From Negaprion brevirostris (taxonomy: Eukaryota), in the NCBI GenBank assembly GCA_030324005.1, contig JARDVH010000106.1, positions 43,607,112 through 43,671,111 of the forward strand: a DNA stretch of 64,000 nucleotides. The letters are read 5' to 3'. Both the position numbers and the translations under genes were made by a program. How positions within the stretch are numbered: position 1 is the first letter of the stretch; each line of letters opens with the position of its first letter. The notes below the pieces were generated by a model. The model was not told the origin of the DNA, searched no databases, and was given only the letters and a program-made list of their open reading frames with translations. This document shows, one piece after another, positions 13,165 through 25,324 of this stretch.

Positions 13165-13919
13165 TGTATAATGCAGTTAGTCCAGACTCCAAATGTTGCT
13201 TTTGATTTTGGTATTAGGATGTACATAACGTGTTTTATTCCAGGTATGATTCAAGTGACCCACTAGGAAGATTTTATCACAACAAATTTTCTTATCTTTT
13301 ACCAATCAAAATACTTGGACATGACAGTGTAACAGCTAGCTATCACTGTTGTTCCAGCTTAAAGTAATACCTCATAGACAAACACCCTTTGTCAGAATTA
13401 GCTGGCACAGAAACCAAAGATACCTACTTGATGTTAGATTTCCAGCCTTTTAACACTTTCTGGATAGAGATCCAAACAGCAATTTCTAGAGAAGGATATA
13501 TCCTCAAAACAGTAAAACGTCAGAAGTAAACCTAGTCTCTGGCAGCACCCAATCTCCAGACTTCAGAGACAAAGGAGAAACACTATTCACACTCAAATCA
13601 AAAGCAGGACCTAAAAATGGCAACAGAGCTGGAATTCTCAATGTTAGCCTAGCTTCACCCTGTCACATGGCCATACCTGTCAATCATCCCAAATCAAGCC
13701 CTATTCTGCAAAGTCCCAGGAAAAAAAAACACAATGGCAAAATAGCATTAGTTCAGATTAAAACAAACATTCTACTAATTGGAAGCAATTATGCTACTGC
13801 ACTAACAATACAGGATACCAGCTGTAGAAAAAACAGCTCCAACTGCATAAACTGTTCAAAAAAGGTCCTGAACAAAAACATGACTCAAATACGTTTCTTA
13901 CAGGTACAGTATTGTAACA
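13165..13919 (-). mobile_element. Possible solo LTR
   Basis: TG...CA ends with imperfect inverted termini (tgtataat / attgtaaca) and a minus-strand AATAAA near the left end. No TSD was found. Confidence 0.35.
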
Positions 13920-14671
13920 CTTTCAGGTACAGCTTACTTACTCAAAGGTCTAAGGGAAAGGTGGCCAGGATCTGGATTTGCACTGTTGCTAATGACATAC
14001 AGGCATTGAAATTTCTGCCTACGTGGGGCTATGGGACATCAATTTATTGCACGTTAATTAATATCCTCCCACTGATTCTGAAATTCTGGTGGGTTAGCAC
14101 TGAAGCTGTAATTCCAGTGTAACTGCTGGGGTGAGAATATTAACCTCTGTAAAGCCTAAAAATGAGGAGGCTCCTCTGTAAGTGACATAGAGTTAACAGG
14201 TCAAATAATCTTAAAACCAAATTGTGTCAAAATGCAAATTACTGCTGATCCCAAATGTTACCATTTCCATTTTAAAATATGAAAGTGAAGCCTATTTTAG
14301 GGAAATTCAGCAAATTCCTTGAATGTTGGACTGAAGTACTGAGCATGACAAACATTAATTTTGCTGCTGAACAGCTATTATGTGCTGCGAGTTATGACTG
14401 AGCTCAAGTCCTCAACATTCTCTTTCAAATCATCAGAACATCAAAATCCATATGTGTTGTGAATAAAAATTATATTATGGTAATGCCTCAAAATTGAAAC
14501 CATCTTTGATAAGTTGCAGTGACAAAATGCACTGTTTTTATAAGGCTACAAGAACTACAGAAATACTCTGCTTGATTATAAAAGCATACACAGTTATCTA
14601 AATAGAAATGCTAAAATCAACAACAGTGTATTATGGTAATTAGTTCCACTTCTGTTAGCTGGCATATTTAT

Positions 14672-15043
14672 GGGGAGACGGTGGCATAATGCTAATGTCG
14701 CTTGACTACTAATCCAGAGATCCGGGGTAATGCTCTGGGAACCTGGGTTTGAATCCCGTCATGGCAAATGGTGAAATTTGAATTCACTAAAAATATCTGT
14801 ATGATGACCATGAATCCATTGTCGATTTGTCATAAAATCCCACCTGGTTCATTAATATTGTTTAGAGAAGGAAATCTGCAGCCTATGTCTGACCTGACCT
14901 ACATTTGACTCCAGGCCCACAATAGTATCGTATAGACTCTTAAAATGCCCTCTGAAATGGGCTGACAAACCACTCAGTTGGAGAGCAGTTAGCAATACGT
15001 GCTGAACTAGCCAGCGACACTCGCATCTCATAAATGAATAAAA
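14672..15043 (+). mobile_element. tRNA-derived SINE, second family
   Basis: A-box-like ggtggcataatg, B-box-like gggtttgaatccc, and tail agccagcgacactcgcatctcataaatgaataaaa. Confidence 0.8.
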
Positions 15044-15065
15044 TAATTTGGGACACTGCAGACAA

Positions 15066-15210
15066 CTTTTTAAAAATTAACTTATGGGACTTGGGTGTTG
15101 CTGGCTGAGCCAGCATTTATTTCACATCCTTAGTTGCAAAGAAGGTGGTGGTGGAATGCTTTCTTGAACCTCCTGTAGTCCCTGGGGTGTAGGTACGCCC
15201 ATAGTGCAAC
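15066..15210 (-). mobile_element. 3' end of a LINE sharing its tail with the second SINE family
   Basis: Same tail as the SINE, continuing into gaaggtggtggtg...tgtaggtacgcccatagtgc. On the minus strand this reads as an ORF2-like end (...FKKAFHHHLL). Confidence 0.6.
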
Positions 15211-15631
15211 AACAGTCAGCATCTCAGGTGTTTAATATTATAGCAGTTGTTGGGATCTACAAAGGAATTAAAGAAATATACAAGGACCCAAGGCATTAAC
15301 CAGCGACCTCTGTCTTAAAATCTTTGAATATTTCCCAGAACCTTAGTTCAGCATGTGACCATTTGCAATAAAATTGAAGAGAACAAAGGATTACGTTCAA
15401 GGCAGTTGCCCCGGAACAATGTTTGAACAACTGGAGATGCAGCAGATGCATGTACATGGCTGCAGTGCTGTGCAGAGATTTTTACACTAAGTGCTACATC
15501 AGTCTATCACACATTAAGAAACTCATGAAATTAAAACATTAGATATGATCTTATGAACTGAGCTGATTCAAGTAATTGTTATGGTTTCTGGAGATTTCTA
15601 CAACTATGTGTCATCAGGTGAAGAGAAATTA

Positions 15632-15858
15632 AAAGCAAAAACAACATGCTGGAAAATCTCAGCAATTCTGATGGCATCTGTTGGAAGAGAATAGAGCCAA
15701 CGTTTTGAGTCTAGATGACCCTTTGTCAGAGCTGCTGTGATGAAGGGTCACCTAAACTCAACATTAGCTCTATTCTTTCTCTACCAATGCTGTCAGACCT
15801 GCTGAGATTTTCCAGCATTTTTTTTCAGATTCCAGCATCTGCAGTATTTTGCACTTAT
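15632..15858. mobile_element. Palindromic Penelope-like mini-element (family A) with two inverted hammerhead motifs and a 13-bp TSD
   Basis: The direct repeat TGAAGAGAAATTA lies at 15619-15631 and 15859-15871. Arms of about 90 bp are inverted about 15733. Confidence 0.8.
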
Positions 15859-16794
15859 TGAAGAGAAATTAGAATTTGCTATTTTTCTCTCTTGGAGACT
15901 GTGATGGGGGTTGGAGTGGAATTGCACCTTCAGGCTTTTTATGGTAGTTGAATTAAGTACTGGTGGCTAGAGAAACTAAAATTCTGGAAGACTACTTCTC
16001 CAACCACCTTCCTTTCGCAATCTGCAATTAGCAATCTGCTCCAAAATAAATCAGCTTTCATTACAAGTCACAGTGCTTCCATGGAATTGATAAGCAGCTC
16101 CTTCCTCCCCACAAAGCTGCAAGGAAAAAAATGCTTGATGTATGTTTCTCAATAGTTTGCTTAGTAGGCTTGTTTGGCAATAGATTTTTGGGTTTCTCAG
16201 CCCAAAAATAGCAGGAAAATCAGCAGAAATTAAAAGCACACCAAAATGGAATGCATCACTAAAGCAGGATAGGCCAACAAATAATGATTGTAAGTTAAAA
16301 TATTCTCACCATTTTTAATGTCATTCCTTGGCCAATGACGCAAGCTTTTCCAGTGGTAGAAATAACATCATAAACTGATTGAAGGACATTTTTCCACATG
16401 TATTTATTTCCTTATTGTTTTAAAGGCATCTTTGCTTATGAATATTGTGTGCCATTGCTACAATCTTCTTTAGTGCTTATCTTCATCTTTTTGAGAAATT
16501 GGGATCATTTAGTGTCCATTTTTTGGGCTCTATAATTGACCTTAAGAGTTCCAAAGTGCCATCTGTGTTATGCCCATATGCTTCTGGGACAACTTGTGCA
16601 GGATGCCATATTACTGAACGTGGTAATGTATGCTTACTTAATGGCTACTGAAAGCAGTCAAAGCAGACAGATCATGTCCATCAAAGCGCAACACTAACAT
16701 AAGTCGGCCATTATGAAACTCAGCTTCAGCTGATGCTCTTTTATAATCTCACGGAGCTGAACACATGTTTAGCAGCAGGTTGGACCGGGTTTAC

Positions 16795-18390
16795 GGAGTC
16801 ATAGTTGTACAGCACAGAAAAGGCCCTTAGGTCCATCAGATCTGCACTGACAACCACCACAAGAGTCGCACCAATCCCATTTTCCCTTATCCCATATCCT
16901 TGAATATTATGATGTTTAAAGTGCTTGTCCAAATCCTTTTTAAAGGTTGTAAGGTTTTGGTCTCCACTATTTTCGCAGGCGGTACATTCCAGATTCTCAA
17001 CACCCTCTGAGAATTGTTTTTTCTGAGATCCCCTGTGAATCTCCTGCCCCTTAATGTAAAACTCTGACCTCTTGTGAATGACTGCTCAACTAAGGAGAAC
17101 AGCTGCTTCCTATTCACCCTAATTATACCCCTCATAATTTACACATCATATTCATGACCTTCCCCACTTCCCCACCCAGCCTTCTCTGCTCTAAAGAAGA
17201 CAATCAAAGCCTACCCCGTCTCTCCTTATAGCTCAAATGCTCAAACCCAGACAACTTCCTGGTGAATGCCCTCTCTACCATCTCTCGTGCAATCATATCC
17301 TTTCTATGATGAGATGACCAGAACTGCACACTGTACTCCAGCTGTGGCCTAATCAATGTTCTGTACAGCTTCAACATCGCCTCCTTGCTCTTATACACTA
17401 TGCCACAACTGATAAGAGCAAGTGTCCCATATGCCTTAACTACCCTATTCATCTAGTCTTCTGCCTTCAGGGATCTGTGATTAAATACCCCAAGATCCAT
17501 TTGTTCCTCTGGAGCCTCCTTGTGTCCTGCTATTCATTAAATACACTTTTACAGCGCAGTACATTACAGTGCAATACAGGCCCTTCGGCCCTTTTTGTCT
17601 TGTTACTACTTCCAACATGCATCACCTGGCACTTATCAGGGTTAAATACCATGTGCCACTGCTCTGCCCATCTGACCAACCCATCTACATCTTGTAACCT
17701 ATGACCACCTTCATTATTAATTTGGTTAATAGTGAAGAAGGTCACCAATATTGACACCTACAAATATTGGTGTCATCTGCAAACTTGCTTATCATTCCCC
17801 CATAGTATTATCAACAACACTTGAGTATATAACAAACAATAAGGGTCCCAGTACTGAACTTCCACCGTACGTCACAAGATACTGGCCTCAAACTACTCGA
17901 CCAGCCTTCCTCCTCCACCGCCACCACCAGGGCAGTTTGGAGCTTTCTCACCAAGTTTCCCTGAACTCCATCTGCTTCAACCTTCTCTATCAGTCACCCA
18001 TGTGAAACCTTGCATGCTTTCCAAAATGCATGTAAACTACATCAACTGCACTTAATCACTTTTTTGAAAAATTCTTTCAAATTTGAGGGGCATGACCTCC
18101 CTCTATCTCTAATCAGCCCATGCCTTTCCAATTGGAGAATAACTAACTCTCACCTTCAGAATTTCCTCCAGTAGTTTCCCTATCACTTACNNNNNNNNNN
18201 NNNNNNNNNNNNNNNNNNNNNNNNNNNNNNNNNNNNNNNNNNNNNNNNNNNNNNNNNNNNNNNNNNNNNNNNNNNNNNNNNNNNNNNNNNCTCCAGTAGT
18301 TTCCCTATCACTTACGTGAGACTCATCGGTCTATAATTTTCTCGTTCATCTCTACCACCCTTCGTGAAAAGTGGAGCCATATTTACTGTC
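16795..18390 (-). mobile_element. CR1/HER1-like LINE 3' portion
   Basis: Minus-strand ORFs read KAYGTLALISCGIVYKSKEAMLKLYRTLIRPQLEYSVQFWS and RLQDVDGLVRWAEQWHMVFNPDKCQVMH. The tail is shared with the V-SINEs. Confidence 0.9.
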
Positions 18391-18414
18391 TAGCCTGTCG
18401 TCAAACTGACATTG

Positions 18415-18780
18415 GATGACAACAGTCTGAAATGGTTAGCACTCTGCCTGTCAGCACCAGAGACCTGGGTTCAATTCCAGTTTTGGATGACTATCTGTGT
18501 GGAGCTTGTACGATCTGTGTCTGCGTGAGTTTCCTCTGAGTGCTCCTGTTTCCTCCCACAGTCCAGAGATTTGCAGGTTAACTGAATTGACCATACTAAA
18601 TTGTCCCTTAGTACCCAACAATGTATACGTTGGTGGGGTGGTCAGCAGGATAAATATTTGGAGTTACGGGGAAAGGTTTTGGGCATGGCCTGAATAAGGT
18701 GGGGGAGATGCTCTTTCACAGTCAGTGCAGACTCAGTGGGCTGAAGGACCACCTTCTGCATTGTGGGGTTTCTGTGATTC
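18415..18780 (+). mobile_element. V-SINE (HE1-like)
   Basis: tRNA-like head (tggttagcac...gggttcaattcc), V-domain (gtctgcgtgagtttcctctgagtgctcctgtttcctcccacagtcc) and CR1-type tail. Confidence 0.85.
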
Positions 18781-18849
18781 AACACTGCAGCACTCTGACA
18801 TTGGGTAACAGCTACTTGTGCTGCAATGATAAGTAAGACATTGACCACC

Positions 18850-20180
18850 CACTGGCATTGAGTTTGTAAGTGTGAATTAATTGCATGCTAGGAAGGATGG
18901 GCGTCCAGCCGCTTAAAACCTTGTAACAAATTTGTGCTGGATGCCTCTGTGCTCTTTGATATTGACTGCATATTTTTAACGCACAAAGCATTTTCTTGCA
19001 AAAATCCACCAGCCTTCACCTAAAGGCTGCCTCATTGAATAACACATCTAAGTCCTTGAGATGGAACTCTCATGTAAGACATCTTAAGCTGGTCCCTGCA
19101 TTATCCTTGTTGTATGCCTTGGTTGCAGCTCACCGATAGCTGGTGTCTCACCATGTGCCGATCCTGTCTCTAACTACCCTTTAAATCATGTATAGTCATG
19201 CCGAAGCTGATGGCTGTGTGTGAGTGATGGTATTTTTTTCTTCAGCGCTGTCGTCTTGCTGTTCCATTATTGCCTGGCCAGGTTGCAACTTTTGAGATAC
19301 ATAAAAAGAAAGAGAATCAAGGGAGGTTTGTAGTGCAGGGAGGGGATGATAATAAGATGTGCATACGTGCAAATTTGCAGCTGATAAATCTGAAGAGTGT
19401 GGGATGAGGGGGAGGTAGTGTGTGAGAAGGAGGGTTAGATGTGATTAACTTCAATGATTTTTGCTCCATTTAACTCTGGGAGATCCCCTTTCTTTAAAGG
19501 GTATTAATGATCCAGATGGGTTTTTAACAACAATCGATAATGCTTGTCAATTCTAGATTATTAGATATTGAATTTAAATTCCTTCAGCTGCTGTGATAGG
19601 ATTTAAACCCATGTCCCCAGAGCATTAGTCTGGGCCTTTAGATTACTGATCCTGTGACATTATCACTACATCACCATCTCCTTTTCCTTGATGTACTTGA
19701 TTGATTTTACCATAGGTTCTGATTACTACACCGACACAATGATTGTTTAAATTCATAGTGTTTTCAAGGATTGAAAGTGTGTGGGGTATTAAGATCAACT
19801 TGCCACTCACTACAGACAGTGCATGAGAAAGGGCAGAAAGTCAATGATTGTGTTGCACCGTGTTTGAGTGATGAGCCTGTCAAAGCTAATTAGCTGGAGG
19901 TATGTGGCTGCAATGGGAACTATAAGCAGCCATCATTTGGAATGTACACGACGGAGTATCTAGATATCAGAGTGCCATTGGGTGAAAGGTGGGGGTGTGG
20001 TGCATTGGCCAGAATGAGACACTGTCGATGTGAAGAGTTGAAGATGTCAAGTCAAGATGAATTCACAGACTAACTGCATGAGTCGTTAGACTTCTTGTGC
20101 TGCCAGATCCTAGGACCTAGGCCAATCCAGCTTTGTAACTAGATGACACCCCAAAGGTTCCCATGAAGGCTGTGCAAATG
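18850..20180 (-). mobile_element. Decayed Harbinger-type Myb/SANT-like remnant (tentative)
   Basis: The minus strand near 20080-20120 reads PRIWQHKKSND, resembling the PR.WxQCRKKFNDL motif of Harbinger Myb-like proteins. The block is interrupted by a SINE. Confidence 0.35.
19478..19681 (-). mobile_element. tRNA-derived SINE, second family, 5' half
   Basis: Similar to the head half of 12546-12877 (ggatttaaacccatgtccccagagcattag...catcaccatctcc). Confidence 0.7.
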
Positions 20181-20329
20181 TTTTTTTCAAGTTGTATCAT
20201 GTGTGCAATAGTATAAAAAAGTTAGAGACCATATGTTTAAACTAATTCCCCAAGCACTCTCTTATGATCCTGACCATGAATGTCTTTTAGAATATCTTTG
20301 CGCACTGTTTTTCCCCATTGGGGAAGTGG

Positions 20330-20468
20330 TGGAAGAATTCCCCAGCTGATTATCAGCCCTTTGAACCATGTTGTGAATGAACACCTTCTGTGGCCAACAA
20401 GACCTGCCATTGAAGTCTGAGCTTTTGGACTAGAAGTAGGGGCATTACTGCTGTGCCACAAGACCTCC
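20330..20468 (-). mobile_element. tRNA-derived SINE fragment, third family
   Basis: The minus strand begins ggaggtcttgtggcacagcagtaatgcccctacttc, a tRNA-like head. Confidence 0.45.
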
Positions 20469-20474
20469 TAGTGT

Positions 20475-21148
20475 CTAGTGAATGAATCTCCACAAGATTA
20501 GTATATAGGTACACCAATAATTGGGAAAGCTAATATGCTATCAATCGTTGTTAGGGGAATTGAATACAAATGTCAAGAGATGCTTCAGTTGTATAGCCCA
20601 CTAGCGATCCACATTGGGAATACTGTACAGCATTGGTCACCTTATTTATGGAAGAATGAAAATGTGTTAGAAGCAGGTTTGAGAAGGTTTACCTGGAATA
20701 CCTGGAGTAATACCTGGAATGGATATGTTGTCTTATGAGAAAAGGTTGGGCAGTTTAGACTTGTATCTTATTGGACTTTAGAAGACTAAAAGGTAACTTG
20801 GTTGAAAGGTCTTCATGGTTGATGTGGAGATGATGTTTCTTGTGAAATAATCTAAAACTATGAATAACCCTTTAAAAATAAGGGGTCTCCTATTTAAAAC
20901 GGAGATGAGGCAAAATCTTTTCATTTGGAGAGTCTTCAGATCTGCTTTCTGAAAAAGTGGTGGGAGCAGAGTTTTTGAACATTTTTAAAGCAGAGCTGAA
21001 TAGATCCTTGGTAAAGAAGGGGATGATAAGGTTTTTGAAATATGCAGGATGCAGATTTGAGATTACAATCAGATCAGCCAAGATTTTATTGAATGCCGGA
21101 GCAAGCATGGGGCCAAATGGTCTAATCCTGCTCCTTGTCCGTATGTTA
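20475..21148 (+). mobile_element. CR1 LINE 3' end
   Basis: VRGIEYKCQEMLQLY...QHWSPYLWK, then agatcagcc and tail cctgctccttgtccgtatgtt. Confidence 0.85.
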
Positions 21149-22149
21149 GTAAACCCACAACTGCCTCTGTCTCTTCCCAAGCTGAATTGCTCGCTTCTAT
21201 CAGTGAATATACACAGATAAATTAAGCAAGTGAACCTTCTAACCCCAGCAGCCAATCTCTATAGCTTTGGGTTGTTCCAGAACAGAAATGCAAACCAATT
21301 GTTTTACTGGATATAATTGCTCTCAGTCCACACTCCCCAACTCGACCAAGAGTTTGAGATGTGTTGTGCAGTCTTTTCACGTTTCCAACTTTCGCAATTC
21401 CAACTCTGACCTTTTAAGACCGCAAGTTAATTGTCCATTTCTCTTGTGTTTTCCCTTTAATTCCTAAACCTAAAAGTTGTATTCTAAAATATATAAATTA
21501 TGGTTTGGAGATTCACAATAATGCCAGTAGAAAATTAGAGGCTGCATTGGTCCAAACAGAAGGAAATGACCTTACTGGCCATTTGTTCCGTATCGCTTTT
21601 CAGAGTTGTCTTTGCATGCTGCTGCCTCGACCCTCTCCTGTTATACATTAGTAGGGTCACAAGATCCTGACCATCTTCACCACTAAGGCTTTTCAGCACC
21701 ATATCTCTGACCCCCAATTCCCCCCTGTTCCTTGGTATTTCATGTTTATTATTTAGAATTGCAGCAACCCTTGTCATTGAATACAGATCCTGTTTTAAAG
21801 GGACAAACCGCCTGTAAGGAGGCTGGCTACAATACTTACAAGCAGCTCAACACCATCAGGTTCTCTACCAAATGCAGAGGCACTTCACAGCATGGAAGAC
21901 CTTTGGCCCAGTGCTACAATTATGTAAATAACTTGCCAGACATCAAATCCGGGTGCTGCCCACATTCTCTGGAGCCAGTCGGGGCAGAACCAAATTGTGA
22001 CCCTTGCACTCCAAAAAAAAAAAATGATTTCAGGTTTTAACCCCATTTCTTACAGAAAGGGAATTCAGAGAAGGGTGCATAATAAAATTAGAACAAAGCC
22101 ATTTGCTGCGAGTAACTGAGGTGGCTGCATAGAAGGGGAGCCAATTGAC

Positions 22150-22300
22150 TTTCAAAAAATGATGGACAAATTCAACAAATCAGGCAGCGTCTGTGGAGAG
22201 AGAAACAATTAACATTTCAAGGTCACATGACCTTTCTACAGAACTGAAAAGAGATAGAAATGTGATGAATTACATACTTGGAGAGGGGTGGGGGCGTGAG
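22150..22300 (-). mobile_element. Penelope-like pLTR fragment (family A variant) with decayed hammerhead motif at 22207-22245
   Basis: The minus strand reads AGTT-CTGTAGA-A-AGGTC(ATGT)GACCT-T-GAAATGTT-AATT, followed by ctctctccacagacgctgcctga. Confidence 0.55.
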
Positions 22301-22899
22301 GCAGAATGGTAAGTCAGTGATAGTTTGGAGTTGAGGAGAGATTGATAACCGTGTGTCAGGGGACATGAAACAGAGGGTCTGTTACTGGTGCTCCTACTTA
22401 TCCAATTGTAACCAGCTGATTGCAACTGAAAAACAAGGTGATCACCTCTCCCCAATGATAGCACTGACAGCTGTTTATCTTTGTTGAGAATAATACTGTG
22501 CTCCAGCAATGCCAGAAAAATATTTTTCAAGTGGCACTTCGTATTGTGTGAGGCAACAGTGCCACACTTACATTCCTGCTCTTGTTGGGATTGTGCTGTA
22601 ATGTAAAAGAAGATTAATATATTAAATAAATAGCTGTAGTTTCCACCCCTTTCTTTAAATTGATTATACAAAATGCTGCAGTTGCCCAGTACAGTTTTTC
22701 ACATGTATAGTGACTGTTGTTTAAATATTGTCAGTATGCTGTATATGAGAATTGTGTAACTCGTTTAGATATTATGCTTTTGGTCATGCATTGTACTGTG
22801 CCGTTAATAAATTTTAGTTCCTTGTTTGGTTACTGTCAGCCAATTTAATAGTGTTAGGGCCTTACTAAAATGGCTATAGCCATGAAAAATGCATAAAAC

Positions 22900-23620
22900 A
22901 TGGGTGAATATTACAGCCTCCTGATGTATTTTAATGCAGAAGGCCAACAAACGGTCTCACTGCCCACCTTTTAACTTGTGTCTCATGTTAACAGTGGGCG
23001 GATAAGGTATCAAACAGCCCTTCTCATAGACCCATTTGAGGCCTTTAAGTGAACAATTAGCTGAATTAATGGCTTAATTCTACCTCAACTGTAAGTTGTT
23101 TTTTGTCTATCGGGAAGGCGAAAATAAAGCAGGCAGTCCGACAGCTTGGGCTACTGTCAGGCAGGAAGTGAGGTACCTCTCTTGAGCAGTTCACTCTGCC
23201 TATCAAAGACAGCCCTCCCCAAAATGTTACCCTCCACCCTCTTTCCAACACTGCCTCCACCCCCACCCCCACCCCAAAACAACCCCAGCAATCAACAGGC
23301 CTTTTTAACCAGGCCACCAACCTATCACTTTCCCCTTTGGCTGGGGTTTCATGGTGCCTGTTTGAAAATTTGCAGAACCAGCTGAAGTCTAGCAGCCATT
23401 TTCACTTCTTCGCAGGGACTGGTTGTAGTCCTACCTGATTTGATCAATAGCCATCTAAGCTGAGTTTCCTGTCCCTGAAGAGCAGAAATCCCACTCTACA
23501 CTCATTAATGCTGTCCCACTGTAATATCACTTTTGAGCAACTCCTAGAATCGGGGATGGGCAGAGTAGATAACCCATTGTCTTCATGACCATGTTCTCCC
23601 CACCATGATTTATACCCTAT
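22900..23620. mobile_element. Decayed Harbinger-type non-autonomous element (tentative)
   Basis: Starts gggtgaatattacagcc, ends gatttataccc, and has a C-rich interior. Confidence 0.35.
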
Positions 23621-23977
23621 TGACACAGCTGTACCTGATAAATGCATATATATAAATGATGAATAGATAAATCAATTGCAAATAAATTTTGTGATCAATG
23701 TTATAATTGACTTGGAGCTTGTATGTTATGAGAAATAAATAGGAACCATACCTTGGAATTTGGATTAGTTATGTGCTTAAGTAGACTCTGCCATCTGTCT
23801 TTGAATAATAGATCCAGTATTAGCTGTGTTGTAGGTAGTTAGAATATTTGTAATACAGGACCGCATCAATTCATTTTTTTAGTCCAACAACTCAAATTGC
23901 AGAATAAATCCATTTCCATCTGATATGAAATAACAGTTATTTGATATACATTTCTAGATTTTATGTTTGAATATTGT

Positions 23978-24320
23978 GGGGGGGTACAGTGATTTGTACT
24001 GTTGCTTTACAGTGCCAAGAACCCAGATTCAATTCCAGTCTTGGGTGACTGTCTGTCTGGAGTTTGCACATTCTCCCTGTGCCTACGTGGATTTTCTCCG
24101 GATGTTTTGATTTCCTCCCACAGTCCAATGATGTGCAGGTTAAGTAGGTTGGCCACGCTAAATTGCCCCTTTAGTGTCCAGAGATGTGTAGGTTAGGGGA
24201 ATTAATTGGGTAAATACGTGATGTTACAAGGATAGGGCATGGGTAAGATGCTCTGTCGGACAGATGATGCAGACTCTATGGGCTGAATGGTCTTTTTCTG
24301 CACTGGAGAGATTCTATATT
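23978..24320 (+). mobile_element. V-SINE (HE1-like)
   Basis: Colinear with 18415-18780 and 38779-39087. Confidence 0.85.
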
Positions 24321-24559
24321 TATGTTTGGTCAAAGCTTCCAAATCTTTTGAACCTCTTATCAAGTTAGAATATTCAACCAATCTCCAACATACACTTTAT
24401 ATTAATCAAAGTATTATTTCTGTATCTTGCACGTCAAAAGACTTGAAAGCAAAAAAAGTTACATGGAGTTGAGAATTAGGAATGTCATTTCAGAATTTGT
24501 TAAAGATGCAGTATCCTGGTTTTACACCAAGGTTTGGCAAACTGCTATTAGGATAGAAA

Positions 24560-24842
24560 TATGTTACCAGAATAGCAGAGGGGTTTTAATGCATTTTAAT
24601 GTAGATGTGATGAATTTGTGGAACTCAGTGCTCCACAACGTGCTGGAGTCTAAATCATTAAATGGTTTTGAAAAGGAGATTGATTATAATTTTTGATTAA
24701 AAAATGGATTAAAGGGATATGGGGAAAAGATGGCGAGGTGGATTTGAGACCATGGAGAGATCAGCCATGATTTGTTTAATGACGGAGCAGGCTTGAAGGA
24801 CTGAGTTACCTATTTCTGTTCTTAATTCCAACGTTCCTATGC
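24560..24842 (+). mobile_element. CR1 LINE 3' end
   Basis: VMNLWNSVL...FEKEID, then agatcagccatgat...ggagcaggcttgaagga tail. Confidence 0.75.
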
Positions 24843-25324
24843 GCAATAGTGTGAGGGGCAAAAACAATCAAGGAATGAATGATGGGAAGAATGTGGATAA
24901 ACAAAGTGAGGGGATCATCCTCTACCTTATTCAGTTTGCAAGTGCAGGTAGATAAAGCAATAAGAAAAGACAAGTGTTTGGATTTTATGAACTATACCAA
25001 AGAATGTACAACTTTAAAAACTGATAACGCCCATTATCAAAAGGACGTTGAAGTCATCACTAATGCATGACCTGGAGCTTCCAGTTCCTTGTCATTTCAA
25101 TTTTTTCATGTGCTTCTGTCCCTGACCTGCTACAGTCTTCCAGTGAAGATTAACGCAAAGCTGGTGGAACAGCTTTTGACTTGGCACTAAGTCCTTCCGG
25201 TTTCAACACTTGAGTTCAACAATGTGGGGTCATAACCTTTTGTCTCTGTCTCTGTTTCTGTTTTATTATTGGTTTGACTTTGTCAAGTTTCTTTCTCCAA
25301 TCACATTGATTTGGATAGCTGTTG

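Noticed and set aside
13667-14122. Longest gap-free ORF (151 aa)
   Set aside because: No recognisable domain, it straddles the edge of a putative LTR, and an ORF this long is plausible by chance.
20690-20722. Short tandem tacctggaa repeats
   Set aside because: Local slippage inside a CR1. It is not a spaced array, and the window has no CRISPR-like structure or prokaryotic genes.
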